Source of the DNA: Candidatus Izemoplasmatales bacterium
GTDB lineage: Bacteria; Bacillota_I; Bacilli_A; Izemoplasmatales; Hujiaoplasmataceae
Assembly: GCA_050177605.1 (NCBI GenBank)
Contig: JBFXGX010000033.1
Location: 1-10,371, forward strand
Length of the DNA: 10,371 nt
Reading direction: 5' to 3'
Made by a program: the position numbers and the translations under genes
The notes under the pieces: model-generated
The model's database searches: none
Told to the model about the DNA's origin: nothing
Seen by the model: the letters and a program-made list of their open reading frames with translations, nothing else
In this document: piece by piece, positions 1 through 7,609 of the stretch
How positions within the stretch are numbered: position 1 is the first letter of the stretch
Layout: each line of letters opens with the position of its first letter

Positions 1-1131
1 TTAGTAGAATCCATTTATGGTACAGAAGCTGGAAAATCAATTTTAGAAGATTTTCAAGATGAAGTCTATATGTATCACCCAGATACGGCTCTGACCTATT
101 TCAAGGAAGCCGTTGCCAGGGGAATTGAGGATGGATTTTACACTGCTGGAACTAGTGATGAATATAGTATCATTCATCTGAATTTAGTATATCCAATTGA
201 ATCTTCAGAAGGATTTATGAACTATATTACGAATATGGTCCTTCAGTATGAAACGTTATTTGTGGATGATACGAATTTTGTTCGTCTTACAATTACACCG
301 AATCCAGTACACTTCCCAGACAATTATTATGACTATATTATGGATGCTGGATGCGATCTAGGAATTTATGGAATTAACTATATGTTTGAATCTATATTTG
401 ATTATTTACAGAATTATTCTGATGGATATTTCGGTGATCAAATGATGAATTTTGGCACCGATACTTCAAGCGCAAACATTCCAGTAGTTTATCAAAATCT
501 TGACGGAAAAACGGTATACGAAACATGGAGTTATAATACATTAATTGAGGCGTTATTAGGAAAGACTTATGTGGACCAAGGAATACATAAGACGACTTGG
601 GAAGATCCAACAGGTCTGTTTCAATCAATGATCGATTCGCCAATGGTCAAAGTGCAATCATCTACTGAAGATGCTCTCTTGCCAAATGAATTCTTCGGCG
701 ATAACACCTCCTCGATTATTTTAGAAAATGATTGGCTTGCATTGACTGGGTTTGTCGTCACAATGGATGATGATTCAATTTGGATGTATGTGGTTGGGCA
801 AACGGATGAAGGATATGTTCCTTATTATGCATCAAAGGTATTTGATAATATAGATGATGCAATGATTCAATATATCAGCGATTATTTTATGTTTAATCCA
901 ACATTGATTCAAAAATCAGGTCCTCTGACGAACGCTGAGATTGCGTCAAACGCCTATATCAGTGAAAATTATGGTTATACTTCAGTTGAAGATATTGAAC
1001 TCATGTTCCCATTTAGTAAAGAAAATATTGAAGTCTATGCTTGTGAATGGTCAAACTATACTTCTACATGGGATGATGCCTTTGTCGTGCTTCAATTTGG
1101 GGATTATTACATTGCTTTAAAATGGCTATAA
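1..1131 (+). CDS. 5'-truncated large acidic extracytoplasmic protein; tentatively the C-terminal part of a divergent family-5 (OppA-like) solute-binding protein with an extra C-terminal domain
   Basis: Frame 1 is open from base 1 (LVESIYGTEAGKSILEDFQDEVY then MYHPD...), so ATG70 is probably internal and the real start lies upstream of the window. TAA is at 1129-1131 and a terminator follows. The protein is rich in D/E/Y/N. Segments YHPDTALTYFKEAVARGIEDGFY, FPDNYYDYIM and NFGTDTSSANIPVVYQNLDG..YETWSYN recall, from memory only, C-termini of Acholeplasma/Izemoplasma OppA-like proteins. The CDS is solid; the product call is weak. Confidence 0.55.
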   Translation, partial: LVESIYGTEAGKSILEDFQDEVYMYHPDTALTYFKEAVARGIEDGFYTAGTSDEYSIIHLNLVYPIESSEGFMNYITNMVLQYETLFVDDTNFVRLTITPNPVHFPDNYYDYIMDAGCDLGIYGINYMFESIFDYLQNYSDGYFGDQMMNFGTDTSSANIPVVYQNLDGKTVYETWSYNTLIEALLGKTYVDQGIHKTTWEDPTGLFQSMIDSPMVKVQSSTEDALLPNEFFGDNTSSIILENDWLALTGFVVTMDDDSIWMYVVGQTDEGYVPYYASKVFDNIDDAMIQYISDYFMFNPTLIQKSGPLTNAEIASNAYISENYGYTSVEDIELMFPFSKENIEVYACEWSNYTSTWDDAFVVLQFGDYYIALKWL

Positions 1132-1175
1132 AATAAAGAGACGCTATGCTGCTGCATAACGTCTTTTCTTTATTT
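1131..1175. terminator. Bidirectional intrinsic terminator between convergent genes
   Basis: Stem GAGACGCTATGC (1138-1149), loop TGCT, GCATAACGTCTT (1154-1165), with one C/A mismatch and one G-T pair. It is flanked by AAATAAA on the left and TTTTCTTTATTT on the right, between the stops at 1131 (+) and 1182 (-). Confidence 0.8.
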
Positions 1176-1181
1176 CATTTG

Positions 1182-1589
1182 TTATTCTTTTCCTCCTGAA
1201 AACAAGGCAATGGTTTCAGAAGAATAAGTTATCAGCAATACACTTCCATCTCGGTACACAAGTCGTCCTTCTGTCCCTTCATCGTTCAGCGCGACTTGAT
1301 ATGTTTCTGCATCGCTGTCACTTGATAACACAACAAGTTCTATCCATCTTTCTGTGGAGTTAATATAACCTACATATAAATCCTCAACAGAAATCTCTAT
1401 CTCATAACTCGCGTTCACGTATGTATCTTGATAGTACTCTATTGCGTCAGAATCTCTTTGCGTTAACACATAGCCTGCTTCTTCAAGCGTTGTTTTGATA
1501 TCATCTGCGGTTTTTGAACCAGCATCATCACAACCAATAATCGATATTCCAAGTAAAGCCACAAGAAGTACGTATAACAATTTTTTCAT
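1182..1589 (-). CDS. Small acidic lipoprotein of unknown function (135 aa)
   Basis: Signal peptide MKK plus hydrophobic LLYVLLVALLGIS and lipobox IIG-C (Cys20). RBS GAGGGGG lies about 10 nt before the ATG on the - strand. It has its own promoter and terminator. Confidence 0.85.
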   Translation of the reverse strand: MKKLLYVLLVALLGISIIGCDDAGSKTADDIKTTLEEAGYVLTQRDSDAIEYYQDTYVNASYEIEISVEDLYVGYINSTERWIELVVLSSDSDAETYQVALNDEGTEGRLVYRDGSVLLITYSSETIALFSGGKE

Positions 1590-1624
1590 TACTTTATATC
1601 CCCCTCTATGTTTAAACTAATCTC

Positions 1625-1653
1625 ATCGTATCAAAAATAATGAACTTTTTCAA
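1625..1653 (-). promoter_or_regulatory. SigA-type promoter of the lipoprotein gene
   Basis: The - strand reads TTGAAA (1653-1648), a 17 nt spacer ending TGA, then TACGAT (1630-1625). This gives canonical spacing plus an extended -10 TG. Confidence 0.65.
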
Positions 1654-1742
1654 TCCTATGTGGATATTTTTACAAGGTTGTGTGAAAAAAAAGTTCGAAA
1701 TTCGATAATTCTAGTTATCCATAAACTACCTTTAACAATTAA

Positions 1743-1757
1743 TGATATAATTATAAT
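1743..1757 (+). promoter_or_regulatory. Extended -10 promoter for the ROK-deacetylase operon
   Basis: TG-A-TATAAT (1743-1751) is followed immediately by a second TATAAT (1752-1757). RBS GAGGTG is at 1764-1769 before ATG1777. There is no convincing -35. Confidence 0.6.
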
Positions 1758-1776
1758 TGTGTAGAGGTGTGAAAAA

Positions 1777-3192
1777 ATGAAGTCATTTACATTTACGAAG
1801 AAACCAAAATCAGCATTAAAACTCGATCCTCATTTTTATCCAATTATTCTTAATAATTTAGCTTTTGAAGAGGCTGTAAACAACTCAACTTGTCCAACTT
1901 TGGTTAAGATTTCTCTTGAAAGATCGAATCAACAGTTTTCTACTTATGAACTCTTTGTTTTTAATGAAGAAGAAAATCAAGAAGAAGCTAACTTCATCTA
2001 TATCGAACGTTTTGTTAAAACGATACTATGGCTAAAAGGTGGATTCCGCCTATATTTTAGTGGTAGTCCTACTTTAGGGAGAAAACTGAAGGAAGCCTAT
2101 AGCACGAATGGACTTCGCGCGTTTGATGAAGTCTTTATGACAAAAGTCTATGATCATCCGTTCGAAGTTGTATTATGTAAATTTGAAGAAGTACCATCAA
2201 CCTATGAAATTTCTTACCCTGTGGGTAGACATTTGGATGGATACCGGATTGGATTTGATGCAGGAGGAAGTGATAGAAAAGTATCTGCGGTAGTCAACGG
2301 AGAAGCCATCTTTTCAGAAGAGGTTGTTTGGAGTCCAAAAATCCAAAGTGATCCATCCTATCATTATCAAGGAATCATGGACTCATTACAAAGAGCGGCT
2401 TCAAAAATGCCAAGAGTTGATGCGATTGGCGTGAGTAGTGCGGGTATTTATATTGATAACAGAGTTGCTGTAGCGTCTTTATTTAGAAAAGTTCCCGATG
2501 ATTTATTTGAAAAAGAAATCAAAAATATCTTTTTTAGAATTAAAAAAGAGTTTGGTGATATCCCTATCAATGTTCAAAATGATGGTGATGTTACAGCGCT
2601 TGCCGGAGCGATGAGTTTAAATAAAAATAACGTCCTAGGGATTGCCATGGGAACGAGTGAAGCTGCAGGATATGTGGATCAACTAGGCAATATTACCGGA
2701 TGGCTGAATGAGTTATCCTTTGTACCGGTAGATTATTACCCTCATTCATTTAGAGATGAATGGAGTATGGATTATGGCGTTGGCGTGGGTTATTTTTCTC
2801 AGGACGCAGTAATCAAATTAGCACAAAATAATGGATTTGTTTTTGATGATGGATTATCGCCTGCAGAAAAACTGAAAGTCATCCAACACCTTGCGAAAAA
2901 ACAAAATCCACTTGCACTCGAAATTTTTCATACAATTGGTGTATACTTAGGATATGAACTCGCATATTATGCTAGATTTTACGAAATAGACGAAGTATTG
3001 ATCTTGGGTAGAGTTACTAGTGGTGTGGGAGGAGATCTTGTACTGAAGAGCTGTTTAGCTGTATTAAAAGATGAATTCCCAGATTTGGCTAAAACGATGA
3101 ATGTCAGTCTTCCTTCAGAAATGAATCGACGTGTCGGACAAAGTATTGCGGCCGCAAGTCTTCCAGAAATAAAAGAAGAGGTAATGAAATGA
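1777..3192 (+). CDS. ROK-family sugar kinase-like protein with an approximately 150-aa N-terminal extension (471 aa)
   Basis: Phosphate-1 motif GFDAGGSDRK (residues 159-168), plus IGVSSAG, VQNDGDVTALAG, LGIAMGTS and VLILGRV, in the order expected for ROK/ASKHA kinases. It has a good RBS, and its stop overlaps the next start (ATGA 3189-3192). Confidence 0.8.
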   Translation: MKSFTFTKKPKSALKLDPHFYPIILNNLAFEEAVNNSTCPTLVKISLERSNQQFSTYELFVFNEEENQEEANFIYIERFVKTILWLKGGFRLYFSGSPTLGRKLKEAYSTNGLRAFDEVFMTKVYDHPFEVVLCKFEEVPSTYEISYPVGRHLDGYRIGFDAGGSDRKVSAVVNGEAIFSEEVVWSPKIQSDPSYHYQGIMDSLQRAASKMPRVDAIGVSSAGIYIDNRVAVASLFRKVPDDLFEKEIKNIFFRIKKEFGDIPINVQNDGDVTALAGAMSLNKNNVLGIAMGTSEAAGYVDQLGNITGWLNELSFVPVDYYPHSFRDEWSMDYGVGVGYFSQDAVIKLAQNNGFVFDDGLSPAEKLKVIQHLAKKQNPLALEIFHTIGVYLGYELAYYARFYEIDEVLILGRVTSGVGGDLVLKSCLAVLKDEFPDLAKTMNVSLPSEMNRRVGQSIAAASLPEIKEEVMK

Positions 3193-4031
3193 AAAACTTA
3201 ACTGAAATATTTGTTCCCGATGGGACAGTACAAAATGTAGCGATTGAAAGAACGACGCATATGGCGATTGCGGCGCATCAAGATGATATCGAAATTATGG
3301 CTTATCATGGAATTGAAGCTTGTTTTCAAAAACAAGATCAATTTTTTATGGGTGTGGTTGTGACCAATGGTGCTGGAAGCGCAAGAGATCATATTTATAA
3401 AGAATATACCGATGAACAAATGATGGATGTTCGTCGTTTAGAACAAATCAAAGCTGCGGTTTTAGGCGAATATTCTATGTTAGCATTACTCAATTATCCT
3501 AGCAGCGCTGTCAAAGACCCAAAAAATGAAGAAGTTATTCATGAGATTGCTTCCTTACTTGAGAAGGCTAAACCAGAGGTGGTTTATACGCATAATTTAG
3601 CGGATAAGCATGACACCCATATTGGTGTCATCATTAAAACGATTTTAGCTATTCGTTTATTACCACAAACCTTACGGCCAAAGAAAGTCTATGGATGTGA
3701 AGTATGGAGAAACTTAGACTGGGTAAACGATGATGAAAAAGTAATGCTTGACGTATCTCATCATCCAAATTTAGCTTCTAGTTTAGTCGAAATCTTTGAC
3801 TCTCAAATTATTGGCGGAAAGAGATATGACGCCGCAACCATCGGAAGAAGGCTAGCGAATGCAACCTTTAATGCTTCCCATGAAGTAGATCAAACTAGCG
3901 CCCTTACTTACGCTATTGACTTAACGCCGCTATGTTTAGATGATTCAATTGATATTTTAGATTTTATTCTTTCGTATATTGATCGATTTAAGAAAGATGT
4001 AGAGTCGCGTGTTTCAAAAATGCTTCTGTAA
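3189..4031 (+). CDS. PIG-L/LmbE-family Zn-dependent N-acetylhexosamine deacetylase (280 aa)
   Basis: Metal motifs AHQDD (HxDD, residues 29-33) and THNLADKHDTH (HxxH), plus VVTNGAGS and RRLEQ..AA.LG typical of the family. It is translationally coupled to the ROK gene, with RBS GAGG at 3178-3181. Confidence 0.85.
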   Translation: MKNLTEIFVPDGTVQNVAIERTTHMAIAAHQDDIEIMAYHGIEACFQKQDQFFMGVVVTNGAGSARDHIYKEYTDEQMMDVRRLEQIKAAVLGEYSMLALLNYPSSAVKDPKNEEVIHEIASLLEKAKPEVVYTHNLADKHDTHIGVIIKTILAIRLLPQTLRPKKVYGCEVWRNLDWVNDDEKVMLDVSHHPNLASSLVEIFDSQIIGGKRYDAATIGRRLANATFNASHEVDQTSALTYAIDLTPLCLDDSIDILDFILSYIDRFKKDVESRVSKMLL

Positions 4032-4058
4032 TTGAAACAAAAAAACAGTGAATAAATC

Positions 4059-4127
4059 AAGTGTGTTAGAAACAATTTTCCAGTTCTTGAAAATAAGAAG
4101 GAAATTGACCTAACACTCTTTTTTATT
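4059..4127 (+). terminator. Long imperfect hairpin with U-tract after the deacetylase (terminator or attenuator-like)
   Basis: Pairings GTGTTAG(4063-69)/CTAACAC(4110-16), CAATTT.CC(4073-81)/GGAAATTG(4100-07) and TTCTT(4084-88)/AAGAA(4095-99), with loop GAAAAT. It is followed by TTTTTTATT. Confidence 0.6.
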
Positions 4128-4138
4128 AAAAAGAACTG

Positions 4139-4147
4139 TGTTAAAGT
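4139..4147 (+). promoter_or_regulatory. Possible extended -10 promoter for etfB-etfA-ldh
   Basis: TG-T-TAAAGT lies just downstream of the hairpin and about 30 nt before ATG4178. RBS AAAGGAAG is at 4163-4170. There is no properly spaced -35. Confidence 0.4.
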
Positions 4148-4177
4148 AAGAGCATATCTATCAAAGGAAGCTTATGT

Positions 4178-4969
4178 ATGAAAATAATTAGTTGTATCAA
4201 ACAAGTACCATCCTCTTCAAAAGTGGATGTAGATCCAAAGACTGGTGTACTCATCAGGAGTAGCCAAGCGACGAAAATGAATCCCTATGATCTTTATGCA
4301 TTGGAAGCTGCTTTTGAAATGAAAGCAATGCTTAAAAATACAGAAATTTGTTCAGTTACGATGGGACCCCCTAACGCGATAAAAGTACTGGAAGAAGCAC
4401 TTTATATGGGGGCTGATGATGGTGTATTATTAAGTGATCGTGCGTTTGCTGGGGCAGATGTCCTCGCGACTTCTTATAGTTTAAGTCAGGTAATTAAGTC
4501 AATTAACAATGTTGATGTTGTCATCTGTGGGAAACAAACTACTGATGGCGATACAGCTCAAGTCGGACCAGAAATTGCGGAATTTTTAGGTATCGTTCAT
4601 GTGCCATATGTTACTGAAATTATCGAAGTGACTGAAAAGTACTTGAAAGTAAGAAGTCTACTAGATACCCATGAAGAAATCGTAAAGGTTCAGTTTCCTT
4701 GTTTGATCACGATAGATAAAGGTTCTTTTGTTCCAAGGTTACCATCTTACCGAAGAAAAATGGAGATGAAAGATCATCCCATCAAGGTCCTTGGATTAAA
4801 AGACTTACATGATCAAGATAAATTACATTATGGGCTTGAAGGTTCGCCTACTCAAGTAGAGAAGATTTTTCCGCCTGATAAATCACGAGATAGTGAATTA
4901 ATTCATGGAGATAAAATAGAACTTTCAAGAAAATTGCTCCAAATTCTTCAAGATAAAAAATTTGTTTAG
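4178..4969 (+). CDS. etfB: Electron transfer flavoprotein beta subunit, bifurcating type (LctB-like)
   Basis: Motifs CIKQVP, MNPYDLYALE, MGPP, LSDRAFAGADVLATS (NADH/bifurcating-FAD region), CGKQTTDGDTAQVGPEIAE, PRLPS and GLEGSPTQV. Confidence 0.95.
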   Translation: MKIISCIKQVPSSSKVDVDPKTGVLIRSSQATKMNPYDLYALEAAFEMKAMLKNTEICSVTMGPPNAIKVLEEALYMGADDGVLLSDRAFAGADVLATSYSLSQVIKSINNVDVVICGKQTTDGDTAQVGPEIAEFLGIVHVPYVTEIIEVTEKYLKVRSLLDTHEEIVKVQFPCLITIDKGSFVPRLPSYRRKMEMKDHPIKVLGLKDLHDQDKLHYGLEGSPTQVEKIFPPDKSRDSELIHGDKIELSRKLLQILQDKKFV

Positions 4970-4980
4970 AGGTTAATTCG

Positions 4981-6174
4981 ATGGGATATATTAAAGTAAA
5001 TCAAAATAATGTAACACCTTCAATAGCCAAAGAACTGATGGATATTTGTCCGTTTAATGCTTTTGAGTATCAAGATGCTTATTTGAGTATCAATGCGGGA
5101 TGTCGTATCTGTAAACTATGTGTTAGAAAAGGACCTCAAGGAGTATGTGAGTTTATCGAAAACACGACGGCATCCATTGATAAATCAAAATATAAAGGAA
5201 TTGCAGTGTTTGTTGAACAAACTTTTCAAGAAGCTCATCCTGTTTCTTGGGAACTATTAGGAAAAGCAAAAGAACTTGCGAAAGTAACTAAAGAAGGTGT
5301 AATTGCACTTGTCGTTGGTAGCGATACTGCTACGATTGCCAAAGAAGCGTTATCATATGGCGCTGATAAAGTGATTGTCTATGATCATCAAGATTATCAA
5401 TCCTTTGATGTAATGAAATATACAGATGTCCTTGAAGACTTCTTTTTGAAATTCCATGTAGGTGTGATTTTATATGGAGGAACTAGTTTGGGTCGTAGTT
5501 TCGCTCCACGTGTTGCGGCTCGTTTAAAAACAGGGCTTACTGCGGATTGTACAATGCTTGATATTAGAGAAGATGGCGACTTGCTACAAATCCGTCCTGC
5601 TTTTGGTGGAAATATTATGGCGAGTATTCACACACCTAATCATCGTCCTCAAATGGCCACAATCAGGTATAAAATGTTCAATGCTCCACAGAAGGAAACT
5701 CCTCATGGTGAACTAATTTATGAGACCATGAAACAAAAGGTAAACACGAATTCTTTAGAGATTATTGAGAGTAATCGACATCAAGCTTCAAAAGATATTT
5801 CTGATGCGAATATTATCGTCGCGGTTGGGAGAGCCTTTAAAAAAGAAAAAGATTTAGACCTTGTAAAACCTTTACTTGACCGACTTGGCGCTGAACTTGC
5901 ATGTACAAGGCCATTAATCGAAAATGGATGGCTCGACCCAAGAAAACAAATCGGATTAAGCGGAAGAACAGTGAAACCAAAGTTAATTATCAATTTAGGA
6001 ATCAGTGGTTCAGTTCAATATATTGAAGGAATGAAAGAGAGTGAACTGATTATCTCTGTGAATTCAGACCCTTCCAATAGACTGTTTGAATTATCAGATT
6101 ATGCACTCTTAGGGGATATCTATGAAGTATTACCAGAGCTTAATTTACTACTTGATAAACTAGGATTTGAATAA
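4981..6174 (+). CDS. etfA: Electron transfer flavoprotein alpha subunit with N-terminal ferredoxin-like Fe-S domain (LctC-like)
   Basis: N-terminal C23-P and C41xxC44xxC47, followed by ELLGKA, TGLTADCT, RPAFGGNIMA, RPQMATIR, ACTRP, QIGLSGRTVKP and GISGSVQ. RBS GAGG is at 4969-4972 region. Confidence 0.95.
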   Translation: MGYIKVNQNNVTPSIAKELMDICPFNAFEYQDAYLSINAGCRICKLCVRKGPQGVCEFIENTTASIDKSKYKGIAVFVEQTFQEAHPVSWELLGKAKELAKVTKEGVIALVVGSDTATIAKEALSYGADKVIVYDHQDYQSFDVMKYTDVLEDFFLKFHVGVILYGGTSLGRSFAPRVAARLKTGLTADCTMLDIREDGDLLQIRPAFGGNIMASIHTPNHRPQMATIRYKMFNAPQKETPHGELIYETMKQKVNTNSLEIIESNRHQASKDISDANIIVAVGRAFKKEKDLDLVKPLLDRLGAELACTRPLIENGWLDPRKQIGLSGRTVKPKLIINLGISGSVQYIEGMKESELIISVNSDPSNRLFELSDYALLGDIYEVLPELNLLLDKLGFE

Positions 6175-6187
6175 GGAAGGACTCACT

Positions 6188-7585
6188 ATGAACTATAAAA
6201 AATTAACAGATACAGATATCATCGTTATAAAGAAAATATTTGGTGAAAATCAAGTTCTTATCAAAGAACAGATTGAAGAAGATTATCATCATGATGAATT
6301 ACAAACTGTATATGGCGAACCCGACCTTTTAGTCTTTGGATCGACCAAAGAAGAAATTATGAAATTAATGAAATATTGTTACCAAGAATCGATTGCCGTT
6401 ACAGTAAGGGGAAGTGGAACAGGTCTTGTTGGTGGATGTGTCCCTTTAGAAGGTGGAATCATCCTTGATATGCACAAGATGAATCATTTTATTGAACTTG
6501 ATAAAGAAAATATGACACTCACTTTAGAGCCTGGTGTTTTGTTAATGGAAATTAGTGAATACGTTGAAAAAGAAGGATTGTTTTATGCTCCAGACCCTGG
6601 TGAAAAATCCGCAACAATTGGTGGAAATATTTCGACCAATGCCGGTGGAATGCGTGCTGTCAAATATGGTGTTACTCGCGACTGGGTCCGAGGGTTAGAA
6701 GTTGTCCTTCCAAATGGCGAATTAATTAAACTCGGTGGGAAAGTAGTCAAAAATTCCAGCGGTTATTCCTTAAAAGATTTAATGATTGGTAGTGAAGGTA
6801 CCTTAGGTATTATTGTAGAAGCCACATTGAAATTGATCCCGAAACCTAAATTTGCAGTATCCTTATTAATTCCTTTTCAAAACAGGATCGATGCGATTAA
6901 TGCTGTTCCAAAAGTGCTCCAGTTTGAAACATTACCCACAGCGGTCGAATTTTTAGAAAACAAAACGTTAAAATTTTCAGAAGAGTATCTAGGAAAGAAA
7001 ATTCCAAACGCTGATTTTAGTGCTTACCTTCTTGTCTCATTTGATGGAACAACACAAGTTGAAATCGACCATTATGTTGACAAGGTAAGTGACCTATGTG
7101 TTAACAAGTTAGGTGCGATTGATGTCTTTTTAATCGATACTGACGAGCGTAAGACTTCTGTTTGGAGTGCTCGAGGTGCTTTTTTAGAAGCAATTAAAGC
7201 ATCAACGACAGAGATTGATGAATGCGATGTTGTTTTACCACGCACTTATATTTCAGCGTTCTTAACATTCACACAAGAACTAAGTCAGCGACTCAACGTA
7301 CGAATCCCTTATTTTGGCCATGCAGGAGATGGAAATCTTCACATTTATTTCTGTAAGGATCAATTAAGTAATGCAACATGGAATCAAGTAATCCAAGAAG
7401 GATTCGAATGCTTATATCAAAAAGCGTTTGAATTCGGTGGACTTGTTTCTGGAGAACATGGCATCGGATATGCTAAAAAAAGTTATCTTGCAGAACAAGT
7501 TGGAACCACGCAAATGGAATTAATGAAAGGAATCAAAAATACATTTGATCCAAAAGGCATATTGAACCCTAGAAAAATCGTATAA
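6188..7585 (+). CDS. lctD: FAD-linked D-lactate dehydrogenase of the GlcD/LctD family, partner of the Etf (465 aa)
   Basis: Motifs RGSGTGLVGG, PDPGEKSATIGGNISTNAGGMRAVKYGVTRD, KNSSGYSL, GSEGTLG, WSARGAFLEAIKAS, GHAGDGNLH and SGEHGIG. The start is moved from TTG6167 to ATG6188 because RBS AAGGAAGG (6173-6180) precedes it and MNYKK matches my recollection of the A. woodii LctD N-terminus. Gene order etfB-etfA-ldh equals lctBCD. Confidence 0.85.
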   Translation: MNYKKLTDTDIIVIKKIFGENQVLIKEQIEEDYHHDELQTVYGEPDLLVFGSTKEEIMKLMKYCYQESIAVTVRGSGTGLVGGCVPLEGGIILDMHKMNHFIELDKENMTLTLEPGVLLMEISEYVEKEGLFYAPDPGEKSATIGGNISTNAGGMRAVKYGVTRDWVRGLEVVLPNGELIKLGGKVVKNSSGYSLKDLMIGSEGTLGIIVEATLKLIPKPKFAVSLLIPFQNRIDAINAVPKVLQFETLPTAVEFLENKTLKFSEEYLGKKIPNADFSAYLLVSFDGTTQVEIDHYVDKVSDLCVNKLGAIDVFLIDTDERKTSVWSARGAFLEAIKASTTEIDECDVVLPRTYISAFLTFTQELSQRLNVRIPYFGHAGDGNLHIYFCKDQLSNATWNQVIQEGFECLYQKAFEFGGLVSGEHGIGYAKKSYLAEQVGTTQMELMKGIKNTFDPKGILNPRKIV

Positions 7586-7609
7586 TAAATTCAAAAATCA
7601 TGAATAAAT

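Noticed and set aside
1659..1776. DnaA-box-like 9-mers (TGTGGATAT 1659-67, TGTGAAAAA 1681-89 and 1768-76, TTATCCATA 1715-23) suggesting an origin
   Set aside because: None is a perfect TTATCCACA, one overlaps the RBS, the region is short and there is no dnaA/dnaN/rpmH/gidA context. Relaxed matches are expected in AT-rich DNA.
3189..4031. Calling the deacetylase bshB or mshB
   Set aside because: No bacillithiol or mycothiol genes are in the window, the motifs differ (HQDD, HDTH) and the context is sugar catabolism.
4178..7585. Alternative calls: fixAB (nitrogen fixation), carDE/bcd-etf, or aerobic glycolate oxidase glcD
   Set aside because: There is no fixCX/nif, no acyl-CoA dehydrogenase and no glcEF. 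The Etf partner is a GlcD/LctD-family enzyme in lctBCD order.
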